Notes: generated from the letters alone by a model not told the origin. A stretch of DNA of 64,000 nucleotides from Monocercomonoides exilis PA203 (GCA_001643675.2 LSRY02000009.1:62001-126000); one strand, 5' to 3'; positions 25,201 to 39,100 are shown, counted from the first letter of the stretch. Translations and numbers: made by a program.

Positions 25201-27440
25201 TAATCAGCTGCCTCTTCTTCCTTCGCCTCTCTTTGCTCTGCCTGCGTCGCTCGTGTCATCACATCCACCACCACCTGCGCTGATGCCTGGACCATTCCCA
25301 ACGACGCTCTCTGCACCGCCGCCTTCGTCTTCTCTCTTTGCGCTGCCTGCCCTTCAATAAACTCCCCCATCTCCATCGCCCCCTTCCTCTCTGCGTCTAT
25401 CAGCACTGGCGGATGCAGTGTGACCTCAAAATACAACTTGCACAGCGCAGAAAGAGCAGCACAGAAGCAGCGGTGGGCAGCAAACAGGCTGCGAGTGACA
25501 GCTCTTTTGTGGTTGCAGTAGATTTTGTAGCGGATTTCTCTGCGCCACACAGAAAAGCTCTTGCCCAGGTGATACATGCGGAAGAAGGGGATCTTTTGCA
25601 GCGAATGGAATATCATCGCCTCTCTCACAAAGTCAGACACAGAAATAGCTTCCGTCTCGCTGCTGTCGGCTGCTTTGTTTTTGTCGGCTTTCCTCAAAAA
25701 GAAGAGCGGGTTGTTCTTTTGCCTCTGCTTCTCCTCTTCGTTCTCCTGCTCTTCTGCATGTGCCAACACATTGTCCAATTCGCTGTCTGATTGCTGCTCT
25801 CCTTCTTCTCCTTCTTCCTCCTCTCCCTCTTTCTGCTGCTGCTGTTGTTGTTGTTGAGGCTTCTTTTGCTGCTGAGCAAGAATCCTGTTCCTCTTCTTCT
25901 TCTCTCTCATTTGGTGCCTCCACTTCATCCTCTCGCTTTCTGAGGGCATCACATGCACCACGCCAGACACAGAGAAGATGTAATGCTCTGGCTCCACTGC
26001 CTCCTTCGGTACAACAACCAGATCGTATGGATCGTATGCAAAGCGTGGAACATCAACTGCATTTGGATCGCGTTTGGGGGGATGGCGGATGTTCATGTAG
26101 ACAAACTTGACTGGATCGTCTTTACCGCAGCCAGCAAAGTATGCGAGCACATCATTCACCGTCTGCAGCGTCTTGGCAGCCTGCGCATCGGGTGTGGGGG
26201 CTTTGCGGATGGGAGAGCGAGGAGAAGATGTGGAAAGAGGAGGGAGGCGTCTTCCATCCATTCGAGATGTCAGGGGCGATGAAGTGTTTGATGTGAGTGC
26301 AGTTGGAGACGCAGCTGAAGATGATGCTGTTGCATCCTGTTTTTGTGTCTGTAATCTTCCGCCAGTTGGCAGAAGAGGAGTCAGACTGCTTTCCGAATGC
26401 CTTCGAGTGTCACTGGCTGAAAGCGACTGAATTGTTCTCTGTGTTTTCAGCTGAGAGGAAATCAGGTCGGTTTGGTTGCCTCGCTTCATCGACGCTGAAT
26501 GTGGCGTCGGCCTCGAACGCTCAGTGACGGCACCACTTTTGGAGAATTTGTATTCTTTTGAAGCGCCTCTGTTAGTTTCTGTGAGACTGCCATCGCTTCC
26601 TTCTTCGCCCAGCAATCTCAATCCGCCAACACCCCTTCCGCCAGAGTGGCCAAAGTGGGTCACTCCTTCTTTTCCCATCACGTTCCATTTGCCTCCCTTT
26701 GGAGCAGACATCTCTGACCTTCGCAATGGCAAGGCATACGACTCAAGTTCGCGCTCGTCAAACGTAAGCAACTGAGCAAGAGATTCGCTTTGTAGTGTTC
26801 GAATTGTTGGAGTAGGTGCCTGCAGAGAAGAGGATGTGGAGAGTGATGGAAGACGAGCTGGAACCTTATCTTTTGCCTTCATTGGTTGTCTGTTGGACCA
26901 ATTCGATATTGCAACAGACTTTCGGTTAGATGATTGAATTGGGCTATCAGTTTGACTTTTTGCTATTGACTTTGGAAGAGGTGTAAGTGCTTGTGAAGAG
27001 GTATGTGAAGTGACAGTTGTTGGTGCAAAAACTGAAGGAAATGTCTGAATAAGCAAAGATGCGAGGTTGAGTGATTTAAGCTGTGGAGTCGTTGTCACTA
27101 GTGTATATGATTGCTGCAGCAGTTCGTTTAACTGAAGTTGGAGCAGAATCATGTTTTTTATAGTTCAGAAAATAAATGACACAAAAAATGAAACAGAAAC
27201 CTCTTGTGAGACTCTTGACGAAAATGTTCCACTTGGAATTTTTGTTAAAGAATTTCTAAAAGCTGCCCATCCATCATATGTGTTCATTCGAACAACATCT
27301 TTAAGAGATGGAATTAGCTGTTTTTCAAGTTTTTGGGCTTGCTGTTGTATTTAAAGATTAAAAAAATTAATAAATTTTAAGATGAAGGAGAAAATGGTGC
27401 TTTTAATTCATATAAAAGGTCAAACAAATTGTTGCTCCAT
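10260..27440 (-). CDS. Divergent single-headed axonemal dynein heavy chain (DNAH6/DNHD1-like); exons 27440-27426, 27341-27201, 27131-10260
   Basis: Tail motif YDPYDLVVV...IPFF; MQPRHW; RRAFPRFFLL; P-loops GVDGVGKT, GSAGIGKT and GDGGSGKT; stalk/MTBD EVKQLVRPP...GLCMWVHALYDY; GDALIASGYLAYLGPF; IYGG; C-terminal YYCPL. Two short 5' introns restore an ATG start. Confidence 0.9.
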
Positions 27441-27577
27441 TACAAATAGCAATTTTTGAGCAAAATTATATTTGTAACTGCTTTGAGAACAAATGAATAT
27501 GGTAATTTCTGATCAAATTTTTTTTTCGGAAATTTTTGAAATGAAAACAAAAATAGAATAAGTTGCTTAAATACATT

Positions 27578-30500
27578 CTAAATTGTACCATTTTTATTAG
27601 TAAATGCTTGTGTCAACGCATTAAGAAATCCTTCTTGCTGTTGATGAAAATGAGTCTTGGCTGAGTCAATCAGTTTCAAAACAGTAACTTCTAATTCATC
27701 AATGCGCCGCTTTGTCTTTTGTTGTTGAGCCAGCTGTTCCTCCAAACTTCCATCTGATCCTTTTTGATTCTGCTCTTCCTTTTCAATCTGGCTCAAGAAG
27801 AATGCCAAGAGCATCCTGACAGAAGAGTCATACATATTCCACATGTTCTTCAGTGCCTTGTCTGCTAATTCAATCATTGGCTGCAGGGGAAGAGAAGAAA
27901 AATCAGAGGAAAGCAGAGAAAGAGACTGCAGAAGAGCGTCAGTTGATGACATGAATGAGGCAGCAAGAGAAGAAGGAGAGAGAGAGTCCAATGGAAGAGG
28001 AGCAGAAGATGAAGAAGATGAAGAGGATGAAGCGGATGAAATGGCTGTGGCATTGTCAGTGGATTGAAGCATGTGAGGAAACAAAATGTTGACAAATGAA
28101 AGAAAAGAAGAAGATGAAGAAGATGATGATGAAGGTTGATTTGTTGCTGTTGTTGTTTCTGAAGTGGAAGATGATTGAACAAAAGAAGAAGAAGAAGAAG
28201 AAGAAGAAGAATTACTTATTTCATTTTGTTTTGAACATTCTTCTTGTTTCTTCTTCTGCTGCTGCCGCTGTTGCATAGTCTCAGATGGCGTGTCTTGTAT
28301 TGGAAGACTGCTGTCCAAAAGGCGCGTGGTGTTTTCTGCATTGATTTTTGAGAGGAGCTCTTCGAATGTCTTGTTGAGGACACCTGGAGAGACACCCGAG
28401 AGAACAAGATCGTCTGCCAAAGAGGCACAAAACCTGTCTTCTTTGTGTGCGGAAAGAGGGCTGTTCTGAATGAGAGGAGGAGGAAAAGGAAGATGATGAG
28501 GAGGAGGATTATGTTGAGTGTGTTGAATGGATAGAGAATGTTGAGTGGATTGAGAAGGAGAAGGAGAATGAGAATGAGAAGGAGAAAGAGAAGGAGAAAG
28601 AGAATGCTGATGCTGATGTTGATAAGGTTTCTGATTGTGTTGCGAAGAGAGGGCGAAAGAAGGAGGAGATTGGGTGGATTGGATGAGTGGATATGAGAGA
28701 GAAGAGAAAGGAGCAGAGGAAATGGGCACTTTGGAGAATGACAGTGCAGGTGGAGAAGAAGGAGAGGAAGGAGATGAGGGGGAAGAGGGGGAAGAGGGGG
28801 AATGAGAAGAAGGAAGAGAAGGAGAAGAAGGAAGAGAAAGGGAGAGTGCAATTGAAGGAGAAGCAGGAGATGAAGGTGCAGAAGAGGTGGAAGAGGCAGA
28901 AGGAGAGAGATGAGAGGAAGGAGAAATTGCTGTGTGTGTGTTTGTGTTTGGCAGAGGAGAAAGCAAAGAGACAGACGGAAGAGAAGAAGAGGCATCATTT
29001 GAAGTGTGTTCACTCACATGTTGACTGCCAAACTGACCTTGTTGTTGTGCTTGCATCGTATTCTTCTCTTTCATTTGCTGTTTGTGATGCATCTGTTTTG
29101 TGTCTCCTTCTTTATGCTCTGAAAATGCTGAAGAAGAAGAAGAGGAAGAAGAAGAAGAAGAATTCATCATTCCATTCCCTCCCTTCTCATTCGCATTCGC
29201 ATTCTCAGCCGCATTCTTCTCCTTCTGCCGCATCGTGTTCAGTGCCAGCTGCTCCTTCAGAATGGCCAGCAGCGACGAGCGAGCTTCCTGATGAGACAGA
29301 TGCGACTCTCTCAGGCTGCCCATCATCGAGCGGAGGAGGAGAGACAGGTGAGGCGGAAGAGACTTCTGCCCCACAGCCACTTGGAGTGCAGGCGAGGCGC
29401 ACTCAACTGAAGGGCTGGGGGGTGTGGTGGATGTGGTGGATGTGGAAGATGAGGTTGAGAGGAGGCTGGGGCTGATGGAAGAGAGAGAAGAGAGAGAAGA
29501 GAGAGAGGAAAGAGGAAGAGTGCTTGTGGATGGCTGGGATGTGTTGTGTTGTGTCTGAGTGGGAACATCCCAGTCAAACACTTCATCTTCGTCCAATTCA
29601 GAAACTGTCACATCATCTTCTTCGTCATCATCTTCATCTTCATCATCACTTTCTTCGCCTTCTTCGCTTTCTTCAGCACCCTCATCTTTTTGCTCTTCTT
29701 CAGACATCCCTGTTTCTTTTCCAGTTGTTGAATTATTTGCTTCATCTTCTTTTTCACTTCTCTTCTTCTTCTTCTTCTTCTTCTTCCCCTTCTTTTGGAA
29801 GAACGGGTGGTGCAGCAGCTGCTTTGCAGACGGGCGTTTCGAGGCGTCGAGTGTCAAACAGAGCGAAATCAGCTTCTTCACTTTGCCGTCTTTGACTGCG
29901 TTCAGCAGGCGCGGGGGCTCTCCAGAAGTGACCTTCCTGTAAAGCGAGCCAAAGTTCTCGCACTCTTCGTACGGATACTCCAGCGTCATCATCTGCAGCA
30001 TCGTCAGCCCAAACGAGTAGACGTCAGATTTCGTGCTTGACTTCCCTTGCATCGTCTCTGGCGACACAAACTGCGGCGTCCCTGAAATCGTGTGCCGAAT
30101 ATTCTTTTGCATCGCAGGCGACAGCCCAAGGTCCCCCAGCTTCACTTTTCCGGATGGCCCATCAATCCAGATATTATCACATTTCACATCATGATGGATG
30201 ACAGGATGAGATGGAGCCTTTTCATGTAAATAGTGCAGCGCAGATAAAATTTGCCTGCACCATCTCGAGATGACGGGCATTCTGGGAATCCCATGTTCCT
30301 GTATATACCTAACCATTCAGTTTAAAGAAAGCACATAAAATCTTTTCTCTTTAACAAACTCTTTCAATGTGCCAGAACTCATAAGTTCACGAATCATAAT
30401 TAATTGTCTTTGCTTCGGTACAAACCAATAATGATGAAAACCTAATAAGTGTGGATGCCCAAGAGCTGCAATGATATCCATCTTTTAAGTATAAAAAATT

Positions 30501-30798
30501 AATATATTAATTTTTTAAAAGTATTGGAAAACTTCTGTGATTAATTCTTGCTGAACGTTTGGAGTCCAACATTTTAAGGTTATTTCATTCCATGATACAG
30601 CTCTTCCGCTTTCACTATCATAGGCAACATATACGTCTTTAAAAGAGCCACTACCTAAAAACACATTTGAGTGCTTGATTCGAAGTTTAAAAAAAAGAAT
30701 GCAAATTTCAAATTTTCATAATGAAACTAAATGAAATGGAATACCTTTAGGTACCTTCCTGAAGGATCAGTTTCTTCGTATTCTGGAAAATCATCCAT
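27578..30798 (-). CDS. WNK: WNK-family Ser/Thr kinase with long low-complexity C-terminus, 4 exons
   Basis: Spliced N-lobe EETDPSGRYLK|HSNVFLGSGSFKDVYVAYDSESGRAVSWNE has Lys in subdomain I and none in subdomain II. Also ELMSSGTLKE, HHDVKCDNI, KLGDLGL, GTPQFVSPE and EYPYEEC. Confidence 0.9.
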
Positions 30799-30952
30799 TT
30801 ATAAAAATCATTATTAAATTATATATGATACAAATTTTTGTGTTATTTCTTCATCAATAATTTCGTAATTATTTATATTGTTGTTGGGCTCGGTTTTTCT
30901 TCATTTTAAAAGATCTTTAATACCAAAATATTTAAGTCGATAATTGCACCGC

Positions 30953-33900
30953 ATGTTTTTGTGCTTATTGGCTTTGTTCTTTTGTTGCAAAGCCGAAAAT
31001 CTTACTATAATGTATTATTTTTAATATTATTTTTTGATTGCGTTTTATGTCACTTTTTTCTTTCACCTTCAAAAAATGAAATATTTAATGAACAAATATT
31101 TTTTAAGAGCATGGAATAATTCCACTTATTTAAAAAATTCCACAATTTCGTTTATTTCATCAATGATTGTACATGATATTGGTGATTTATATCCTTTTAA
31201 GTGTTTTGATAGTAAACTTATTTTGAGTGATATTGCAATCAAAATGAAGGCCATTAATTCTTCTTTGATATCAATATCATGCAGCGAGGCTTTTTTAACG
31301 AACATCACTACAGTTAATTGCCAGAATTCGTGGAAAATACCCTCTTTTATTTCTTGCAATTCAGAAAAATCTAAAGTGATTGCAAATGAGATGGATATTT
31401 GCAATAACTTAATTCAGTCACCTTTATTTGTGAACTCAAAAAGTGTGTCGTTACATGTTCAATCATGCAATTTTTGCAACATAACTTCGAGGAACTTCAA
31501 GGAAATCTTTGCTAATAGCGATGATGAAATTGGTTGTAAAGCAGTTGCAACAATTCTGCACACAACTTTCAATTGTATTAACTGTGCGCATGATCGAGTG
31601 ATGTATCAAACAATGAATTTTTTTAGCTGCATTAAAAATTTTAACAATTCTGCCAAAAACAGTATTAAAGATAAACAATTTTTTGAAAGGATTTGTTATG
31701 AAACAACTGAATCGTTTGATAGTTGTCTATTTGAATATTGCGGAGTTAGTTTCGATGCAGAAGAAACAAATGGAGGTGCGTTATATTTTCTTGGTTCATC
31801 AACCACAACGCTTACAATTAAAGACTGCTCTCTGCTTGAATGCAACTGCACAGGCAGTGGAGGTGCGATTTTCGCGAAGGGTGCAGGGAGCGTTAGCGTC
31901 AGTGGAACACTTTTTCATTATTGTTCAGCTGAAGAAGCTGGTGGTGGAGTATCTTTTTATAATGTGTCAAGCATGCAATTGTATAATTGCAATTTTACAA
32001 ATTCATATTGTCACAAGAAGAATGGCGGAGGCGCTAGCTGCGTTTTGTGTGGATATGCTGAAATAACATGTACCACTTTCAATAGCTGCGTTTCAAATTT
32101 GAATTGTGGAGGAGGGGTGGCACTTGAAAGTACGATTGACAATGTGAATGTGTATGATTGCTTGTTCCTGAAATGCGAGTCGTATGGAAAAGGTGGTGGT
32201 GGTCTTTTGCTGAGGATACAGGAGAATGATAGTGATTCCCCTCATCTCCTCAGAGACTTGCCATTCTTGTCGCTTGCTCTGTGCTCGTTTGCATTCAACA
32301 GTGCCAAAAGAGGAAATGACATTTTAGTTGATTGTGGAAGCTACTCCTCTTCAAGTGCTGTCTTGGCATGGTTTTCGAAGCCATATGTGGCCGGATGCTT
32401 TTCAATGTCTGAAGACAATCGTGTGGATGTGGAGGGGCAAAGTTATGATGATTTACTTATTGTGGAAATATTAGTTGATGCAAAGTCAAATTACACAACG
32501 GACTGTGGATACAGAGGCATCCCTTGCAAATCATTGAGGGACGTGGTAAAAATGAACAAGGTGAATGCAAGTACACGTATTGCAATGCAAAAGGGGGTTT
32601 ATAAGGAAAATAGTTTTGTATTGAACAATTCAGATTATGTGATTTATCAAGATGTTGATAATTCTAACTCAGATAAGGATCCTTATTCAGTGGAAATTTT
32701 ATCCGGCAATGTTAGCACGATAAGGTTTATCGACTTGATAAATACGAACTTTACTGCCTTCTATGTTTGTATTGAAACAACCACTCAAAGTTCGGTTGGC
32801 AATCGGTATCCGGTTGCAATTACTGCAATCAGCAAGAGCAGAGTTGGACTATATTCGGTTGTTTTGAGATGCTTCAAATACTTTTTCTCAGAGTCTTTTG
32901 ATGATTCAGATCTCCATCTTATCTATGTGTATGACTCAGTTCTGTATATGAATGATACTTACGTCTACGGATGCGGGTATGGTGCTTTGGACAATGCTGC
33001 AGCTTCAACGATGATGATGAAGAATTCACTGAACGACAACAGCATAGGAAACTTATGCGACTGGAACAATTCGTTGGTTAAACTTGAGGATAGCATAAGC
33101 ACTATTGAAAACTGTTGCATTGGAAACAGCACTCCGGGCGGGTTGTATCAGAGCGGAGGGTCTGTTACGATAACAAACTTATCTTTCATTAACATTGGTG
33201 TCAAAGACGAGAACTTTTATAGCTTCAAAAAGAGCATGATGTGCGTAAATAACGGAAGTGTGGTTCTTAACAATGTTTCATCGCTACCAGAAGAAGAATC
33301 AAAATGGATAAATTTGTTGGGATGCAATTTGACGGGGGATGAATTCGACAAAATTTTAAATGGACAGACAGAAACCGAGCTTTTTTTCAAGCCATATTTG
33401 ATTGATGTGCTTGTAGATCATCAGTTACCCGGTTCTTCAACTTGGTTTACTCTTTCAGGGGTTAATCTGTACCCATGCAACATATTTGCTAATTATGAAA
33501 TCAGAATGTTTCTTCAGAATGATGAAAGCTCTCTTGAAGGGGAACAAGAGGAGTTAATGGTGTCAGGCATTCAACGTATATATAAAGTTGAGTCGCAAAC
33601 AAAGGCATTGTTTGATGTTAACCTTGCAAGTTATAACTACACGTCCTTAAACGTATCAGTGAAATTGACATATCCATGCTTTTCCTACTACTCTCACAGC
33701 ACGCCCTCTGTTTGGCACCTCTTCAACTTCACCACGCCGCCAATTCCAGACACACCTGTTTCGCCTGAGCCAAACGAAGAAAGGAAATCAAGTACGGGTG
33801 TGGAGGAGCAGAATAAGTTTGTTTTGATTATTGTGTGTGCATGTATGGGGCCATCGGTGCTTGCCGTGGTTATGTCTGTAGTGATTATACTGATACGAAG

Positions 33901-34084
33901 GAGGAAGAAGAAAAGCAGTGTGCCTCGCCAAAGCCACCCAGTCAACGAAGATTCGCTGGACAACAACAACTACGAAATGGCTGAGTACAACGAGGCAGAA
34001 GGGCTGATCAACGGAATGGAACAGGCAATCAGTTCAGAACCAGACAACAGCGAATACACACAGTACCCTCGTTCAACCTCTTGA
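30953..34084 (+). CDS. Type I membrane GGA-motif Cys-rich surface protein, 2 exons
   Basis: Signal-peptide exon MFLCLLALFFCCKA (ATG 30953) splices in phase 2 to 31108. GGALY/GGAIF/GGGV repeats, CG..PCKSL, Pro-rich stalk, TM helix followed by RRRKKK, acidic tail with Tyr motifs. Confidence 0.85.
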
Positions 34085-34771
34085 ACGGGGCTTTATTTGG
34101 AATTGATGCACTGTTTTCTGTTTGACGTGATCAGGAAATGGAATTATTTTTAATTTTATTTCTTTTTCTTTTTCAAAAACAAAATTACAAACGAAACTGT
34201 TCATATTGACAGGTTGAACAGTCGATAGTGCTGAAGGAATTTTACAAATTATTTTATGTTTCGTTTCGAAGATTACATTTTATTGTTTTGCTTGGTTTAT
34301 CAGATATCCATTATGCATTCTTTTTTGTTTATGTTGAAAATTTTCTGCTGATAAGACATATTTGCTTGCTTTTCATGGAGGTTGTTGTGTTTGCATTTTT
34401 CAGTTGAATGGCGAAAACAAGCAAGAAATGCAAAGAATTTTGTGAACTTTTCATTTTTGTATGATTTCTTCCATCGTAAATATAACCAGAGTAAATAAAG
34501 AATATTTCAAAATTAAAGAAAGAAAGAAAGAACGCATTGAAAAAATGAATTGGTATGTATTTTTTTAGAAATAATTTGAATTGAATATTCATTTCTCTAT
34601 CAAAACTTTGCATCAAAGCAAAGGATGTGAAAATGAAGCTTATAATTGAATAATAATCACATAAATAGAAATGTATATAAATAAGACAGATATCAGATAC
34701 AACAGCACAAGCAGACAGCCAAGCTAACTGAAAAAAGAATACATAAGCAAGAAATGCATTCAGATGGATAA

Positions 34772-36355
34772 TCATTTCTTTCTCGCTGAACGAGGCTGAG
34801 GCTGAGAAGAAGTTGAGCCCACTGTTCTGTGTGGAACAGACGAATGAGAAGAAGAAGAAGAGGCTGATGAAGGTGATGGTGTTGATGATGACGAAGAAGA
34901 AGAGTTTGAAGCTGATGTCGATGCAGAGGAAGAGGTAGAAGAGGAAGAAGGTGATGAGGAAGAGGAGGAAATGGATGAAGAAGGAGAAGAAGAAGACCTG
35001 GATGATGCTTGATGAGATGCAGATGCTCCGCTTGAGCCATAAAGCTGTCCGGCTGAATTAGCTGCAGAAGAGGATGAGGCAGATGAAGAAGATGACGAGG
35101 AAGAAGAGGAGGAGGAGTTAGTGACGTGGTGTGAGTGAAGTGAAGAAGGCGATGGAGAGGGCGAAGACGAGGCAGTTGGCGATGTCAGCGGAGAAGTGCC
35201 CGGCAGCCCCGACGACAGCGTCGCGGTGCCCAAAGAACCAGAATTCGGCCTCCTTCCTGTCTGCCCACCATCCTCTCCGCTGCTCCCTTCAGCCACCGCC
35301 AGCAGCGCTGTCAGCTGCTTGTACCGCTGGTACAGCTTCCGCAGCGGCTCCTTCTCAATCTTGTCCGGCTGCCGCCCCACGACACTCGCAAAGATCTTGT
35401 CGAACCGCTTCAGCTCTGCCTTCACCAGCGTCTTCTCTGCACGCAAGAGGGCTGCATCGTTCTGATACAAATGGTAATCCTCACTTCTCCCTGCCGCTGC
35501 CCGCGCAGCCGCCAGCCGCTGTTCAATCGGCTCGAGCGGCTTCGCCAGGAACATCCGCATCTCGTTCCTCCGTCCTTTTAGTTGTTTTCTTGTTCGGTAG
35601 CTTCTGAACACTGCCTGTATAAGAGTTGCTGCGTGATTACGGAGTTCATTCCTTATTTGCTTGTAGCGCTCGACTTTATCAATGATAGGCCCTCGCTCGG
35701 TTCTTCGAGGCGGATGCCCGTTTTTCTTCGCAAATTCTTGATCAAATGCTTTGATATCAAAAATTAAAGTTTTGGCAGTTGCAATCATTTTCTGTAGAGC
35801 AACATATTTTGAAGATGGTGCTCTTTTTGTTGATTTTGTCTTAGTTTGGCTTCCACCCGGAGTTGAAGATGAAGATGCTGAATGCTAACGAAATAATGAA
35901 AGAGAAATTTAATATATATAAATGAATTGCAAGTGATGTCAAATATTTTTTTCAAACATGAGGATGTGATCCATTTGATCCAGAAGTGTGCGACCTAACC
36001 GGCTGAGCTTCTGAATTTCCATAGTCCATTTGTGGAGTGGATGTTAAAGAAATTGTGGTGCCCACTAAAAAAACATAAATTTTGACAGCTTTAAAAATTT
36101 AAATAAAATCATTCAAACGAGATGGAGGAAAGGAAGAAAATAGCGTTGAAGTTATTGTCGTCCTTAAAACTTCATCGAGATGATAGCCCATTAATTGACA
36201 TGATGTTGAGGCGGAGTTTGTAGCTCTTTAATTCATTTAAAAAGTTAAAATGTATAATTCCAATAAAAAAGTTTAAATTAAAAATATCAAATTGCAAACA
36301 TGTCGCATGAGGAAATATAACTTCGGCAATCAGATGGTTTTCGAAGAGACGTCAT
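34772..36355 (-). CDS. IQ-motif protein with two FAM13-like C-terminal helical repeats and Ser-rich tail, 4 exons
   Basis: Repeats IKAFDQEFAKKNGHPP...ERYKQIR and LKRFDKIFASVVGRQP...YQRYKQL flank the IQ motif AATLIQAVFRSYRTRK. Three GTTTG-AG introns give a continuous frame from ATG 36355. Confidence 0.7.
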
Positions 36356-36945
36356 CAAATTTATCTGAGAAGCCAAGTTCCAGAAATGATACTTTCCTCA
36401 ATTTTCAGTATACAAAATGTGGGTACCAAAAAATTTTCGTCGTTTCAATTGCATATTAGCAAAATGAAAAAAACATTTTTTAAACGTTTTTATGTTATTG
36501 TTTAGCAAATATGAAATATGAATAATAATAATCTTTTTGAATCAATACAGTCACAATAATAATTGATCGTTATCTGAAAAACAGTAAAAATCTTTTAAAT
36601 GAAGCTTCAAATGTGCTGTTGAAAATGCTTCATATTGAAATGGATAAGTTTTACTGTTTTTGTCATCTTTAAAATGGAATATTTTTCGATAAAGACATTT
36701 CCGGAAAGATATTCTTGTTGTGCTGAATTCATTTTTGACTGATTTATTTGGAACTATATATCCATTTCTTCATTTAAAATCTTCGTTTTTCAAAAGAAGC
36801 ACCCATGTTTTCAATGAAACTGGCATTTTCAATGTGAAAAATAAGAAGTATGTCCACTCATGATGTTATTATTAACACGAAGAAAAAAATGCAAAAAGAA
36901 GCAGAGAGAAAAGAAAGCAAGAACAAAAGACACTCGCCTTTCGGG

Positions 36946-36967
36946 TATTCCATTTTAAAATGGAATA
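36946..36967. repeat. Perfect 22-bp palindrome downstream of the protease stop codon
   Basis: tattccattttaaaatggaata. Confidence 0.8.
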
Positions 36968-37058
36968 AAATAAACAAAAATCAACCAAACAACAAATGTG
37001 AATTTAAAAAATAAAAATATGAACAATTGCTCGCTCTTTCAAAGTTGAAGTGTTTTAT

Positions 37059-39100
37059 TCACTGGCTCCGCTTAGCGTGCGGAAGAGGGCCGTCAAAGTG
37101 CCACTCCTTCTGCTTCTTCTGGCTCTTCTCGAGGAGGCTGTAGTCTTTGCCTGGGTATTTGTCTCTGTTGGCAAGATAGCTGCTGTCGTCCCAGTCAATC
37201 TCAATGTGCTCCGCATTCCACGTCCCTCCATTGCGAGTGGACGCCCTCAAAACATCATACGGACTATATAACAGATAATATCATTCAAAGCAATTCAAAG
37301 CAATTCAATCAAATAAATATAAATAAATAAAATTAATATAATTATAATAATAATAATTATGACAATAAAGTACATACATCCAATAGTATCCGCAGTTGTC
37401 TTCGTCGTTCTTCAGCCTCTCAGCCTGCTCTGGAATTGGCTGCATTGCCTCGCCCACCAGCAGCGGCGGTACCTGGTTGACCACAAACTTCCCGCTCGTC
37501 TTGTTGTCTGCCTTCAAAATGCTCACAAACGAGGCAGTGGCAAGCCCGTTCTCGTCGTATGTGATCTCATCCAAAAAGTATCTGTACTTCTGCGAGTCGC
37601 AGCCGTATCTTTCGGCGTCGTTGCACTGGAACTCTGTCGGCTGCCGCATCACATCAACAATCTCGTTGATGTACTTGCTGTTCAGACACATGTCCACCGG
37701 CCCTGCTGCTTCATTCGTCATGTTCGCTGCCCGCTCTTCTTCAAAGTTCTTCCTCAGCCTCTGAACAACCCTCTGCGCAACTCTGTTTTTGATGCTCTTC
37801 GTCGGCCCCGACGCGATCGACGTGCAGCTGAGCCAGTTGTCTGGGTTGTGCGCATTGGCACACACCATCCGCTCGTTCCACAGAGAAGTCTCGCCCATCC
37901 AGTAGGCAATCGAGTGCGACCCACGCCCGCCCCGCGTCTGTCCTTTGGACGGGTTCCACGGGTAGATCTGGTCGTGCCAGCTGTTCTTGATCACAAACCC
38001 TCCTTTCTCTCCGTTCTTCGTCTTCCAGTTGTCGTTGTATGCCACAATCTGCATGCCATGCCCGCCAGCCATCTCAAAGTGGGTGTTCAGGAACCACTCC
38101 CCATCCATCGTGTAGCCAGGCTGCGCCATCGGGATGCATTTGTCGTCGTCTTGCACTTTTGTGATCGACGGGGGGCACGCCACACGCTCGTCAAACGCCT
38201 TGCAGAGTGGCGAATAAGCGCCTTCATCGTCGGCTCCATTCGCACTGCAGGGGACAAAATACTTGTTGTCCCACACAAGAACAGACAACCCCAAAGCAAC
38301 ATTTTTCTCACGCAACAAATCTTTCGTCTCATCCACATCGTACTTCGTAATAAGCTCGGTGACATCAAACTTAATTGGGTTCTTATTTTTCTGGATCTCC
38401 TCCTCAAGCTTGGGGCATTTCCATTCATCAGCATCTGTTGGTAGATATGGACACAATTCCGATGGGAATAATTTGTCATATAAATCTGTCAGATAATAAA
38501 TCTGTTTTTTAATTTTTTTTTAAAAAAAAAAGATTAACGTGAATGAAGTTTTGAAAATAATTTGTTTATAAAATGCAAACCCATGCAATCTCTCCGTCGC
38601 TTGTTGAATTTATAACAGGTCCATTGTTGAGTCCTTTGCATATCTTCATTGTTGCGTCGTTCTTTTGGCATTCTTTAATAATGCTAATTGCGTACGCCTG
38701 AATCGAGAATGGCACATACTCATCTGGCTTCAAAAATTTTTTCTCGATCCCATTTTTCCTGTATGAATGCTGCATAACTCCAACCATAGCGTGCGCCCTA
38801 TCATTCACAAAAAAAAATAATCCACAGAATTTATTTTTAAATATTAACTTTAAATAATTTCGCAAACCAGCAGGTTCCTCTATTTTCTTGATACGTCAAT
38901 GGAGGAGAATAAGGAACAGCATATTTGTGAGGTGCCTTTTTTGATGTTAAATTAGGAGTATATGATGGATTTGGTGCTGGAACTTTATCAGTTGACAACG
39001 CAGCTGCAGAAAGAGCAACTGCAACAATAGACAAAATAGCAAGGATAATAAGACCAACAAGGATTATAATATTTTGAATGGAAAATTTAAGCGGCTTCAT
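37059..39100 (-). CDS. Papain-family (C1) cysteine protease with N-terminal membrane anchor, 4 exons
   Basis: QENRGTCW|AHA (oxyanion Gln and catalytic Cys, with the Trp codon split by an intron), GGHGMQIVAYND (His) and VIKNSW (Asn). Long hydrophobic N-terminal helix. Confidence 0.88.

Noticed and set aside
10438-26775. Dozens of short ORFs overlapping the dynein gene
   Set aside because: Antisense or alternative-frame shadows caused by codon bias.
27342-27355. Possible non-canonical AA splice acceptor in the dynein 5' region
   Set aside because: A canonical in-phase CAG acceptor exists 9 nt downstream (AG at 27343-27342).
28000-29800. GAA/GGA-rich repeats as an array or CRISPR
   Set aside because: They encode poly-Ser/Pro/Glu low-complexity tracts of the WNK tail. 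There is no repeat-spacer structure and the context is eukaryotic.
37359-38444. 361-aa plus-strand ORF
   Set aside because: Antisense shadow of the GC-rich protease exon, with no motifs.
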